From contig JBJMHS010000073.1 in NCBI GenBank assembly GCA_045807245.1, positions 1-64,000 of the forward strand: 64,000 nucleotides of DNA. Reading direction: 5' to 3'. Shown here piece by piece: positions 48,329 to 57,422 of this stretch. The notes beneath the pieces are model-generated. The model had not been told where the DNA came from and did not search any database. It was given only the letters and a program-made list of their open reading frames with translations. How positions within the stretch are numbered: position 1 is the first letter of the stretch; each line of letters starts with the position of its first letter. A program made the translations under genes and the position numbers. This DNA is from Actinomycetales bacterium (GTDB taxonomy: Bacteria; Actinomycetota; Actinomycetes; Actinomycetales; CAVURS01).

Positions 48329-49810
48329 TCAGCGGCGGCGACTCGAGCGGTCGAGCACGAGCTGAAAGCGAGTGAGCCCCTCCCGCGCGGTGCCGTCACG
48401 CAAGGCGCCGTACCCGAAGACGAAGCCCGCCTGGGGAGCTCCGGCGCAGTACTGGCTCAACGCGTCCACCCCCACCGAACGCTCGCGCGCTCCGGCGACG
48501 ACCGCGTCCGCCTGGGCCGCGTCACCGGACCGGAGCCGGGCGCTGACGTGCAGCCCGGCCACTGACGTCAGCAGCTCGAGTGGTGCCGTCGGATCTGAGG
48601 GCGCCGCCAGGTCCTGTTCGAGGTAGCCCACGACCTCGGCATGCCGCCGCCGGTAGACGCGCGAGGCGAGACGCAGGTGTCGGGCGAGGAGCCCGTCGGC
48701 CATGAAGCGGGCGAGCGCGGCCTCCGTCGCCACCGGGGTGTGGCTAACGCTGAGCTGCTTGGCTGCGCGCAACGCTGACCGCAACGACGGTGGCGCGACG
48801 ACGAAGCCCAGGCGCAGCGTCGGGAGCAGCGTCTTGGAGAACGTCCCGACATACAGGACGCGCCCGGCCCCGTCGAGGACGTGCAGCGGCTCGAGTGGGC
48901 GGTCTGAGAACCGGAACTCGCTGTCGTAGTCGTCCTCGATGACAGCGGCATCCCGCCGCTGCGCCCAGGCGAGCAGGGCGGTCCGCCGGGACAGGGACAT
49001 CGGCGTCCCGAGCGGGAACTGGTGCGAGGGTGTGCTGTACACGACCTTCGCCTGCGTGGGCAGGGCGTCGACGACCAGACCGTCACGGTCGACGGGCACG
49101 CCGACCACCCGAGCCCCGAGCGAGGCGAACAGCGCGCGGACCGGCGGATAGCCCGGCTCCTCGACGGCTACCACGTCGCCCGGTGCAACCAGCACCCGGC
49201 CGATCAGGTCGACCGCTTGTTGCGCGCCGCTGGTCACGAGGACGTCGTCGGGATCGGCCCGCACCGAGCGCCCGGCGGCGAGGAAGCGCACGATCTGCTC
49301 GCGCAGCTCCGGATGTCCGCCGGGCTCGGCGTAGGACCCGGGCCGGCCGGCCCCCGCCCGCGCCTGGTCGGTGAGGTAGCGACGCCAGCGGTCGAACGGG
49401 AACAGGCCGGCGTCCGGGATGCCGACCCGGAAGTCGAACAGTGGCGGCGCTGCGCTCGAGCTCGAGGTCTGCGGCTCGGCCGACCAGCCGCGCCGTGGGG
49501 TCAGGACACCGGGCGTGCGCCGCGTCCGCCGTCGCGGCGGCTGGACGTCCGCCGTGTCGGTCACGAACGTCCCTGCGCCGGCCCGCCCGGCGACGAAGCC
49601 CTCGGCCGTGAGCCGGTCGTATGCCGCCGCCACGGTGTTGCGCGACAGGCCCAGCTCGGCGGCCAGCGAACGGCTCGGCGGCAGCCGGTCGCCCGGCTGC
49701 AGGCGCCCGTCCGCGATCGCCGAGCGGAGCGCGCGGTAGACCCGGGCGGTGCGGTCGCCTCGACCGCCGCCATCGCGCTCGATCGAGACCACGAGGTCCA
49801 GCAGATCCAT
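48329..49810 (-). CDS. MocR/GabR-family regulator (GntR wHTH plus PLP aminotransferase domain)
   Basis: Motifs LPPSRSLAAELGLSRNTV, EEPGY, TPSHQFP, EDDYDSEFR and GTFSK.L.P.LRLGF. Confidence 0.93.
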   Translation of the reverse strand: MDLLDLVVSIERDGGGRGDRTARVYRALRSAIADGRLQPGDRLPPSRSLAAELGLSRNTVAAAYDRLTAEGFVAGRAGAGTFVTDTADVQPPRRRTRRTPGVLTPRRGWSAEPQTSSSSAAPPLFDFRVGIPDAGLFPFDRWRRYLTDQARAGAGRPGSYAEPGGHPELREQIVRFLAAGRSVRADPDDVLVTSGAQQAVDLIGRVLVAPGDVVAVEEPGYPPVRALFASLGARVVGVPVDRDGLVVDALPTQAKVVYSTPSHQFPLGTPMSLSRRTALLAWAQRRDAAVIEDDYDSEFRFSDRPLEPLHVLDGAGRVLYVGTFSKTLLPTLRLGFVVAPPSLRSALRAAKQLSVSHTPVATEAALARFMADGLLARHLRLASRVYRRRHAEVVGYLEQDLAAPSDPTAPLELLTSVAGLHVSARLRSGDAAQADAVVAGARERSVGVDALSQYCAGAPQAGFVFGYGALRDGTAREGLTRFQLVLDRSSRRR

Positions 49811-49815
49811 CGACA

Positions 49816-49860
49816 TTGGCCCAATCAGATGAGGCAATCTTGGCTCTTTGACCGGGCCAA
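49816..49860. promoter_or_regulatory. Probable MocR binding region
   Basis: TTGGCCC (49816), TTGGCTC (49840) and inverted GGGCCAA (49854): two direct repeats plus one inverted repeat between the divergent genes. Confidence 0.55.
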
Positions 49861-49882
49861 ACCTAGACCTAGCGTGGTCCGC

Positions 49883-50407
49883 ATGACGACAACGACCATC
49901 GCCCCGACCGCATCCTCCGCCGACGCCGACCGCCCCACGAGTGCGCCGGAGCCGCACGCCCGGATCGACATCGCCGCCCTGGCGCCGGCGGCCTACAAGG
50001 CCATGATCGCGCTGGACAGCCGGGCCCACGCGGGCCCTTTGCCGGCCGAGCTGACCGAGCTGGTCAAGCTGCGGGCCAGCCAGATCAACGGCTGCGCGTA
50101 CTGCGTGGACGCGCACAGCGCGGACGCGGCCAAGGCCGGGGCGTCGCCCGCCCGGGTCGCCGCCGTCGCCGCCTGGGAGGAGGGGCCCTTCTTCACGCCG
50201 GCCGAGCGGGCCGCGCTGGACCTGACCGAGTCGATGACCCGGCTCAGCGAGGGTGCACCGCGGGTGCCCGACGAGGTCTGGTCGTCGGCCGCCGAGCACT
50301 ACGGCCCGGAGGAGATGGCTCAGCTGGTCATGCTGCTGGCCACCATCAACGCCTGGAACCGGATCGGCGTCGGCACCCGGATGGTGCCCGACTCGTACCA
50401 GGTCTAG
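49883..50407 (+). CDS. Carboxymuconolactone decarboxylase/AhpD-family protein
   Basis: Motifs ELVKLRASQINGCAYCVDAH and INAWNRI. Confidence 0.92.
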   Translation: MTTTTIAPTASSADADRPTSAPEPHARIDIAALAPAAYKAMIALDSRAHAGPLPAELTELVKLRASQINGCAYCVDAHSADAAKAGASPARVAAVAAWEEGPFFTPAERAALDLTESMTRLSEGAPRVPDEVWSSAAEHYGPEEMAQLVMLLATINAWNRIGVGTRMVPDSYQV

Positions 50408-50435
50408 CCCGAGTCGGGCACCGTCCCGTCAGCGG

Positions 50436-51542
50436 TCAGTCGGCGGCGAGGCTCAGCGTGCCCAGGAGGCCGTGGGTCTCGTCGTCCGGACCGGCGGTGA
50501 AGATGATCTCGTCGGTACCGCCCTCGGTCCCGTTGCCCGGCAGGATCGCCCAGAGACCGTCGATGACCACCGGGTTGCCATGTGTGTCGAGCAGGACCCC
50601 GCGCCGAGCGAACGTGGTCGGGTCGAACGCGTGGATCCGCCCGTCGCCGAAGTTGCCGACGAGCAGGTCGCCTGTCAGGTCACCGAAGCCGGCGGGTGCG
50701 ATGGTCATGCCCCACGGCGCGTTGAGCCGCTCGGTGTGCTGCATCCGCTGCACGAGCGTGCCGTCCAAGGTGTACCGGTCGACTCGACCCAGACCCGGAC
50801 CGTGCACCTCGTCGCCCTCGTCGTTTCGCTCCGCGTACGCGACGTACACCGCCTCACCGGCGACCATGACGTTGAACGGCGCGAAGTCGGCCGGCAGCTG
50901 GGAGTCCGTGAACGCGCCCGGGATCTTGATCCGGCCCCACTTCGGTCCGTACATCTCGACCTCGCCGGTGGCGAAGTTGGCGGCGTACAGCCGAGGCCGC
51001 GCGCCCACCTGCCCCATGGCCACCCCGGTGTACGCCGATCCCTTGCTCACCTTGACGTTCTGAGCGTGCGTCGACGGCGGCGTGCCGCCGTTCGTCCCGA
51101 CGGCGGGGTTCCATCCCGTGATGTGGCCGGTCAGGCCGACGAAGATGAAGAACGCCGGACCGCTGGTGCCATCGGGGGCCTTGACGACGAAGTCGGGGGT
51201 GCTGTTCGAGACCTGACCCGTGGGCAGGCCACCGGGGATCGACACCACCAGCGGAACGATGGTCTGGGGCGACCCGTGCACGCCGCCGGAGTACAGCGTC
51301 GTGACGCCCGTGCCGTTGTCAGACACCCACAGCGGGCTGTTGCCGAGGTACGACGCACCCCAGGGGTTGACCAGGTTGGGGTCCATGATCTCCGCGACAC
51401 CAGCCTGGTCGGACACGAGGTTGGTCTGGACGTAGCGGCTGATGGGGGTGGGCGCAGCCGTGGCGGCGGACGGCATCACAAGCGCGAGGCCGAGACATGC
51501 GCCCGCCGCCGCAGCGGCTGGACGCCAGCGAGCAACGTTCAT
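50436..51542 (-). CDS. Secreted TIGR03118-family protein
   Basis: Signal peptide and motifs QTNLVSD, DPNLVNPWG, PTGQV, APFNV, LNAPWG, LLVGNFGDG and IDGLW. Confidence 0.9.
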   Translation of the reverse strand: MNVARWRPAAAAAGACLGLALVMPSAATAAPTPISRYVQTNLVSDQAGVAEIMDPNLVNPWGASYLGNSPLWVSDNGTGVTTLYSGGVHGSPQTIVPLVVSIPGGLPTGQVSNSTPDFVVKAPDGTSGPAFFIFVGLTGHITGWNPAVGTNGGTPPSTHAQNVKVSKGSAYTGVAMGQVGARPRLYAANFATGEVEMYGPKWGRIKIPGAFTDSQLPADFAPFNVMVAGEAVYVAYAERNDEGDEVHGPGLGRVDRYTLDGTLVQRMQHTERLNAPWGMTIAPAGFGDLTGDLLVGNFGDGRIHAFDPTTFARRGVLLDTHGNPVVIDGLWAILPGNGTEGGTDEIIFTAGPDDETHGLLGTLSLAAD

Positions 51543-51591
51543 GGTGAGCTCCTTTGACCATGGGCCGCTCGGGCCGGGCGACCCGCATACG

Positions 51592-51617
51592 TACGGCGGC
51601 CGCCCCGATCCGGTTCA
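51592..51617 (-). promoter_or_regulatory. Possible ECF sigma-factor promoter upstream of the TIGR03118 gene
   Basis: TGAACC-N16-CGTA on the minus strand. Confidence 0.35.
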
Positions 51618-51666
51618 ACGTGACGGCGGATAGTTCCTGGCCCCTGGTGCGCGGGCTGTCCGCAGG

Positions 51667-51694
51667 CCGGGCGGGGGGTTAGCCCCCCGCCCGG
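51667..51694. promoter_or_regulatory. Perfect 12-bp-arm palindrome upstream of the MMPL gene
   Basis: CCGGGCGGGGGG-TTAG-CCCCCCGCCCGG. Confidence 0.5.
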
Positions 51695-51779
51695 TTCGCA
51701 AGACAGCACCCGTGATCTGCCCGCGTGCGCCCGGGAGCGTTGAGACGTTCCCGCAACCACGTCTGGAAGAGGCATCACC

Positions 51780-53987
51780 GTGGCGTCCACCGCAACCGAA
51801 CCCCGTCGCCCCGCCACCGTGCGCGTCGCCCGCTGGAGCGCGACCCACCCCTGGCGGGCCATCGCCCTGTGGGTCGTCTTCGTGGCCGCCGCAGTGGCGA
51901 TCGGCAGCTCCGCCGGCACCAAGGAGGTCAGTGACCTCGACACGACGGTCGGGCAGGCCGGCCATGCGGCCCGCGTCATCCACGACGCCGGTCTCGAGGC
52001 GCCCGACACCGAAGACGTCCTGATCACGACCAGGACCGGTACGGCGAATGCCGCCACCCAGCGGGTGGCGACGGACGTCGTACGCCGTATGAAGGCCGTG
52101 CCCGGCGCGGCCTCCGTGGCCGACCCGGTCCGCTCGAAGGACGGGCGCTCGCTGCTCGTCGAAGTCACACTGGACCGTTCGGTCGACTCCGCCACGCCGT
52201 TCCAGGCTGTCACCACCGCGGTCCAGCAGGCCCACCCGGAGCTGCTCGTCGAGCAGGCCGGGTCGCTGTCGATCAACGACGCCGTCGACCAGCAGGTCGG
52301 CGAGGACCTCGGTGCCGCGGCGACGTACAGCCTGCCGGTGACCCTGCTGATCCTGCTCGTCGCGTTCGGCGCGATCCTGGCCGCCGGCGTGCCGGTGCTG
52401 CTCGCGTTGTCAGCGGTGGTGACGGCGACCGGTCTGTCGGCGCTCGTCTCGCACGTGATCCCGGACTCGGGGTCGACCTCGAGCATGATCCTGCTGATGG
52501 GCATGGCCGTCGGCGTGGACTACTCGCTCTTCTACGTCAAACGGGCCCGTGAGGAGCGCCAGCGCGGCCGCACGCACCTCGACGCGATCGAGATCGCGGC
52601 CGAGACCTCGGGTCACTCGGTGTTGGTGTCGGGCGCAGCCGTCATCGTGTCCATGCTCGGCCTGTTCCTCGCCCGCGACATCGTGTTCGCGTCGCTGGCG
52701 GCGGGCTCCATCGTCGTGGTCGCCGTCGCCGTGCTCGGGTCGCTCACGGTGCTGCCCGCCGTACTGGTCAAGCTGGGCCGGGCGGTCGACCGTCCGCGCG
52801 TGCCGTTCCTGTGGCGGCTGGCGACCCAGACCCGCGAACCGCGGCTCTGGCCGGCCATTCTCAAGCCCGCCCTGCACCGACCGGGGCGCACGTTCGCCGT
52901 GGCCGTCCTCCTGCTTGGAGCGCTCGCCGTACCCGCGCTCGGCATGAAGCTGTCCTCCGACACCGCGCAGTCGCTGCCGACCGTCATCCCGGAGGTGCAG
53001 ACGCTGCACCGCCTCACCGACGCATTCCCTAGCCGCAACACGACGAACGCCATCGTCGTCAAGGCGCCGGCCAGCCGGTCCGACGAGGTCGCCCGGCGGC
53101 TGAACGCGTTGCAGCGCAACGCCGCCCAGTCCGCGCTCTTCGACATGGGTCATGGTCAGCAGCCCCTCCGCGTCTCTGCGGACAAGACCGTGCACCTGCT
53201 CGACGTCGACACGCCGTACGACGCCGAGTCGGGTCAGGCGCACCGCGCGCTCGACGTGCTGCGCGGTGACCTGGTGCCGCAGACCACGGCCGGCATTCCG
53301 GGGGCGCAGGCCTGGGTCGGCGGCGAGACGGCCGAGAGCGTCGACGAGGACCACCACCTGGCCGTCGGTCTTCCGTGGGTCGTGGCGTTCGTGGTCGGCC
53401 TGACCATGCTGATCATGGGATGGGTGTTCCGCTCCGTGGTCATCGCGGTCACCACTGCGTTCGTCAACCTGCTGTCGGCGGGTGCCGCGTTCGGCGTCCT
53501 GGTGCTGGTTTTCCAGCACACGTGGGCGGAGCACCTGCTCGGCTTCACGTCAACGGGTGCGGTGATCAACTGGGTGCCGCTGTTCACGTTCGCCGTGCTG
53601 TTCGGGCTGTCGATGGACTACCACGTTTTCGTGATCAGCCGGATCCGAGAGGCCGCGGCGGAAGGACTGTCGACGCGGCAGGCCGTGGCGCGTGGCATCA
53701 CGCGGTCGGCCGGGACGGTGACCAGTGCCGCGCTCGTGATGGTGTCGGTGTTCGCGATCTTCGCCTCGCTGCACATGGTCGAGATGAAGGAGCTCGGTCT
53801 GAGCCTGGCGGCCGCGGTGCTCATCGACGCCCTGGTGGTCCGGACGATCGTGCTCCCGGCGCTCATGACGATGCTCGGCCGGTTCAACTGGTGGCCGGGA
53901 GGGGTGCCCGGGCGCCCGGGCTCGGGACCGTCGGCCGTCGAGCGTGGTCCGGTGGTCGCAGGCGAGCTGGTCGGGTCGCGCTCGTGA
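51780..53987 (+). CDS. MMPL/RND-family transporter
   Basis: Motifs MAVGVDYSLF...R.REE, TSG.SV..SG, FGLSMDYHVF..SRIRE and VTSAALVM; two TM repeats. Confidence 0.94.
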   Translation: MASTATEPRRPATVRVARWSATHPWRAIALWVVFVAAAVAIGSSAGTKEVSDLDTTVGQAGHAARVIHDAGLEAPDTEDVLITTRTGTANAATQRVATDVVRRMKAVPGAASVADPVRSKDGRSLLVEVTLDRSVDSATPFQAVTTAVQQAHPELLVEQAGSLSINDAVDQQVGEDLGAAATYSLPVTLLILLVAFGAILAAGVPVLLALSAVVTATGLSALVSHVIPDSGSTSSMILLMGMAVGVDYSLFYVKRAREERQRGRTHLDAIEIAAETSGHSVLVSGAAVIVSMLGLFLARDIVFASLAAGSIVVVAVAVLGSLTVLPAVLVKLGRAVDRPRVPFLWRLATQTREPRLWPAILKPALHRPGRTFAVAVLLLGALAVPALGMKLSSDTAQSLPTVIPEVQTLHRLTDAFPSRNTTNAIVVKAPASRSDEVARRLNALQRNAAQSALFDMGHGQQPLRVSADKTVHLLDVDTPYDAESGQAHRALDVLRGDLVPQTTAGIPGAQAWVGGETAESVDEDHHLAVGLPWVVAFVVGLTMLIMGWVFRSVVIAVTTAFVNLLSAGAAFGVLVLVFQHTWAEHLLGFTSTGAVINWVPLFTFAVLFGLSMDYHVFVISRIREAAAEGLSTRQAVARGITRSAGTVTSAALVMVSVFAIFASLHMVEMKELGLSLAAAVLIDALVVRTIVLPALMTMLGRFNWWPGGVPGRPGSGPSAVERGPVVAGELVGSRS

Positions 53988-54011
53988 CAGCACGCGCCTA
54001 CGGTGCGAGCC

Positions 54012-54371
54012 ATGGCCACCTATGCCGTGAACGAGGCCGCGGTCGCACACGTTGCCGACCTGATCGACAAACGGCAGTACGTGCTCGACTCCGAGTGGAG
54101 CCAGGTGCAGCCGGGTGCCGAGGTGCAGAACGCCTACCTCAAGAACCACTCGTGGGAGGAGTACGCCGCGTGGCACCTCGGTCTGACTGAGGGTGCGACC
54201 GACGAGACCAAGGCGCGGTACGCGTTCGTGGTCGGCGACTTCCGGCGGGTACACCGGACGGCGCTGATCGCGAGCGTGTACCGCGCTTCGGAGTGGTGGC
54301 ACAAGGACATCGAGCTGGCCGCACACGACCTGCTCCAGCGGCTCGACCGGGTGGCTCGACCGCCGAAGTAG
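54012..54371 (+). CDS. Hypothetical protein (119 aa)
   Basis: Strongly GC3-biased ORF with ordinary globular composition (WEEYAAWHLG, RYAFVVGDFRRVHR). Confidence 0.8.
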   Translation: MATYAVNEAAVAHVADLIDKRQYVLDSEWSQVQPGAEVQNAYLKNHSWEEYAAWHLGLTEGATDETKARYAFVVGDFRRVHRTALIASVYRASEWWHKDIELAAHDLLQRLDRVARPPK

Positions 54372-54470
54372 AGAGCGCACTATCAGGACCGTCTGACTGA
54401 AGCTCGTTGTAGGACAAGAGTTTCCACAAGCTCTGGTGGTTCACAACGATGCTGTGGACACGTGTCGGAA

Positions 54471-54493
54471 TTGTCGGTGGTGCCGGTTAGGTT
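54471..54493 (+). promoter_or_regulatory. RecA-NDp (PafBC-type) DNA-damage promoter, leaderless
   Basis: TTGTCGGTG-N8-TAGGTT located 6 nt before the ATG at 54500. Confidence 0.75.
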
Positions 54494-54499
54494 CGAGTC

Positions 54500-55996
54500 A
54501 TGGATCGCAGGGGTGCGTCGTTCTTCCGTGACGGTGTCGGTGACGGTGACGGTGGCGAGGGTGAGGGCGAGTCGGTGGGTTTGCCGGACTCGCCGGTCGC
54601 CGAGGGCGACTGGACGCCGGAGCAGGCGTTGGCGGCGTTGCCGGTGGTGGTGAAGATGGTGTCCGCCCTGCCGTGGTGGCAGTGCGCCGAGGCGGACTTG
54701 AGGCAGCGGGTCCAGTTGTTGGGCCGGGTGGAGAACCAGGTGGTCGCCGCCCAGGTCGCGGCAGTGGGCGAGGCGCTGAAACGTGGGGTGTTGGTCGGGT
54801 CCGGCTTTAAGTCGGGTGGGGCCTGGCTGCGCGGGTTGGTGCCGTTGACCGTGCCGGCGGCGGCCCAGCGGGCCCAGCTGGCCGAGCAGCTGGCCCGCCC
54901 CGAGCTGGCCCCGACGCGGGAGGCGTTCGGCTCCGGTGAGCTGAACGTGAGCCAGGCCGGCGCGATCACCCGGACGATGTGCGCCCTGGACCAGGTCCCC
55001 GATGTGGACGCCACCATCTGGGGTGAGGCCCAGCACCTGATGCTCGGTGAAGCCACGCGGCTGGATGCCGGGCAGCTGGGCAAGGTTGGGGTGGCGTTGC
55101 GGCACCGGCTGGACCCGGACGCGGCGGAGCGGCTGGCGAGGGATGAGGACGCCCAACAGCACCTACGCCAAGCCACGCTGACCCAGGAGAGCTCTGGGAT
55201 GTGGTGGCTGACCGCCACGCTGCCGGCCAAGGACGGCGCCGTCCTTGCGACCGCGCTGGACGGCCTGGCCCAGCCCTGCCCGGCCGCCGACGGGGAGGTG
55301 GATCCGCGCAGCCGGGGCCAGCGGATGGCCGACGCGTTGACCGGGTTGGCCGAGCTGTCGCTGGCCCAACGGGCCGGCCAGCCGGGTGGGTTGCCGTCCC
55401 GGCATGGTTCGCCGGTGCGGATGATCGTGACCGCCGACCTGGCCACCCTGCAAGCCGACCCGAGCCGCAAGCATGGGCAGGCGGGGGCGCCGATGGCCGT
55501 GGTGGAGACCGGTGAGCCCGGCGGCTGGGAGATCTCCCCGCTAGAGGCCCAGACCTTGTGCTGTGACGCCGAGCTGGTCCCGGCCGTGATGGACGGCCAC
55601 GGACGGGCCCTGGATGTGGGCGATTCGGTCTATCGGTTCCCGGCGAAGATCCGGCGGGCCATCGAGCTCCGCGACCGGCACTGCACCTTCCCGAACTGCT
55701 CCGCCCCCCCGCCCTGGTGCCACGCCCATCATTTGGTCGCCTTCGGGCGAGACGGCAAGCCGGGCGGGGCGACCTCGGAGGCCAACGGCACCCTGCTGTG
55801 CGGGCGGCACCACCGCCACGTGCACGCCAGCGGCTGGACCGGCCGCCTCCTCGACGGCCGCGTCACCTGGACCCCACCGCGACCTGGGGCTCCCCCCGAA
55901 CCGCCCAGCGATCACATCCGACGGTTCGAGACCAAGCTGCGACAGCTCGCCACCCGCTGGCTGAACCGAAACCCCCAACTCCGAGATACCGGCTAA
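54500..55996 (+). CDS. DUF222 plus HNH endonuclease protein (REP13E12-like), copy 2
   Basis: Same architecture and HNH motif as 31336-32823. Confidence 0.92.
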   Translation: MDRRGASFFRDGVGDGDGGEGEGESVGLPDSPVAEGDWTPEQALAALPVVVKMVSALPWWQCAEADLRQRVQLLGRVENQVVAAQVAAVGEALKRGVLVGSGFKSGGAWLRGLVPLTVPAAAQRAQLAEQLARPELAPTREAFGSGELNVSQAGAITRTMCALDQVPDVDATIWGEAQHLMLGEATRLDAGQLGKVGVALRHRLDPDAAERLARDEDAQQHLRQATLTQESSGMWWLTATLPAKDGAVLATALDGLAQPCPAADGEVDPRSRGQRMADALTGLAELSLAQRAGQPGGLPSRHGSPVRMIVTADLATLQADPSRKHGQAGAPMAVVETGEPGGWEISPLEAQTLCCDAELVPAVMDGHGRALDVGDSVYRFPAKIRRAIELRDRHCTFPNCSAPPPWCHAHHLVAFGRDGKPGGATSEANGTLLCGRHHRHVHASGWTGRLLDGRVTWTPPRPGAPPEPPSDHIRRFETKLRQLATRWLNRNPQLRDTG

Positions 55997-56021
55997 GGCA
56001 GCCAGGAGTCAGAGGTCTGGC

Positions 56022-56426
56022 TCACTCGACCCCTGGTGGCGCGAAGAACTCGAGCGCGATGCCGTCCGGGTCGCGGAACGAGACGCCCGATCCGTACGAC
56101 GCGTCCTTGACGCCCCCGTGCGCAATCCCGAGCGCGTCCAGGCGATCGGCCCACTTCTGGAGCTCGCCGCGCCCGGTGCAGGCGAAGGAGACATGGTCCA
56201 GGCCGGTGCGGCGCTCGTCGAAGGTGCCAGCGGCCGGCTCGACATGGGTGTGCAGACCGAAGAGCTGTCCACCCGAGAGCGCATAGACGGTGTGATGGAA
56301 GGCACCGCCCTGTTCGTCCTCATCGAGTACCGGCTCGGACTCGAACAGCGCGGTGTACCAGCGTGTGCTGCGTTCCAAGTCGGTGACCGTCACGGCCACG
56401 TGAGCGAGCGGCGGGAAATCAGGCAT
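56022..56426 (-). CDS. VOC/glyoxalase family protein
   Basis: Motifs HVAVTVTDLERS..WY, GLDHVSF and FRDPDGIALEF. Confidence 0.92.
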   Translation of the reverse strand: MPDFPPLAHVAVTVTDLERSTRWYTALFESEPVLDEDEQGGAFHHTVYALSGGQLFGLHTHVEPAAGTFDERRTGLDHVSFACTGRGELQKWADRLDALGIAHGGVKDASYGSGVSFRDPDGIALEFFAPPGVE

Positions 56427-56550
56427 GGCCGGCCTCCTTGGATCGATGCGAACGGTCAGACGAGAAGGTATCCGCCTTTCACGACGGTTCGCACTCCTCA
56501 GTGGCGTCGCTGCGCCCGCGTCGTACGGCGGGGCGCTCGCTCGCGGCGAC

Positions 56551-57393
56551 CTAACGCGGCACGTACGAGAACGAGTCCGGGTCCGGTCCGGTGCGCTCAC
56601 CCCGGTCCAGGGCCGAGATGTCGCCCATCTCGTCCGGACCGAGCTCGAAGTCGAAGATGCGGAAGTTCTCCTCCATCCGCGACCTCTTCACCGACTTGGG
56701 AAACACGATGTCGCCCCGCTGCACATGCCAGCGCAACGTCACTTGAGCGGGGGTCTTGTCGTGCGCCCGCCCGATCCGGTTGATCACCGGATCGTCGACC
56801 ACCCGGCCACGCGCGATCGGTGACCAGGCCTCGGTGGCGATGCCGTGCTCCGCGTCGAACGCGCGGACCTCGTCCTGAGTGAGGTACGGGTGGACCTCGA
56901 CCTGGTTGATGGCCGGGACCACCTCTGTCTCGTTCAACAGCCGGCGCAGGTGGTGCGGCTGGAAGTTCGATACCCCGATCGCCCGTACGCGCCCGGACCG
57001 GTACATCTCCTCCATGGCTCGCCACGTCTCGACGAAGTCGGACACCTGCGCGAGCGGCCAGTGGATCAGGAACAGGTCCAGCCGCTCGAGCTCCATCTCG
57101 GCTAGCGACCGGTCGAACGCCTGCAGGGCGTCGTCGTACGCGTGGTAGCCGTTGTTGAGCTTGCTCGTGAGGAAGACCTCGTCGCGGTCGAGGCCCGAGG
57201 CCCGGACCGCCTCACTGACCTCCCGCTCGTTGCCGTACATCTCAGCGGTGTCGATGTGCCGGTAGCCGACGTCGAGGGCGGCCAGCGTGGCCTCCCGCGT
57301 CTCACGGGGCGGGACCTGGAACACCCCGAAACCGAGCTGTGGGATCTCCACGCCGTTGTTGAGCGTGATGGTCGGAACAGTCGCAGTCGTCAT
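56551..57393 (-). CDS. Aldo/keto reductase (2,5-DKG reductase A-like)
   Basis: Motifs LNNGVEIPQLGFGVFQ, GYRHIDTA.MYGNE, LIHWP, IGVSNF and FPKS. Confidence 0.94.
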   Translation of the reverse strand: MTTATVPTITLNNGVEIPQLGFGVFQVPPRETREATLAALDVGYRHIDTAEMYGNEREVSEAVRASGLDRDEVFLTSKLNNGYHAYDDALQAFDRSLAEMELERLDLFLIHWPLAQVSDFVETWRAMEEMYRSGRVRAIGVSNFQPHHLRRLLNETEVVPAINQVEVHPYLTQDEVRAFDAEHGIATEAWSPIARGRVVDDPVINRIGRAHDKTPAQVTLRWHVQRGDIVFPKSVKRSRMEENFRIFDFELGPDEMGDISALDRGERTGPDPDSFSYVPR

Positions 57394-57422
57394 GACGACA
57401 CGGTGCCACTAGCGTCTGCCCT

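Larger units (their letters stand above)
54452..55996 (+). mobile_element. Dispersed DUF222-HNH repeat element, copy 2 (inverted relative to copy 1)
   Basis: Homologous to 31336-32871 from CTGTGGACA through the stop codon. Confidence 0.65.

Noticed and set aside
30752..56426. Both DUF222-HNH copies have a VOC gene on their 3' side
   Set aside because: The two VOC proteins are dissimilar, differ in relative orientation and lie outside the homology boundary; VOC genes are abundant, so coincidence is likely.
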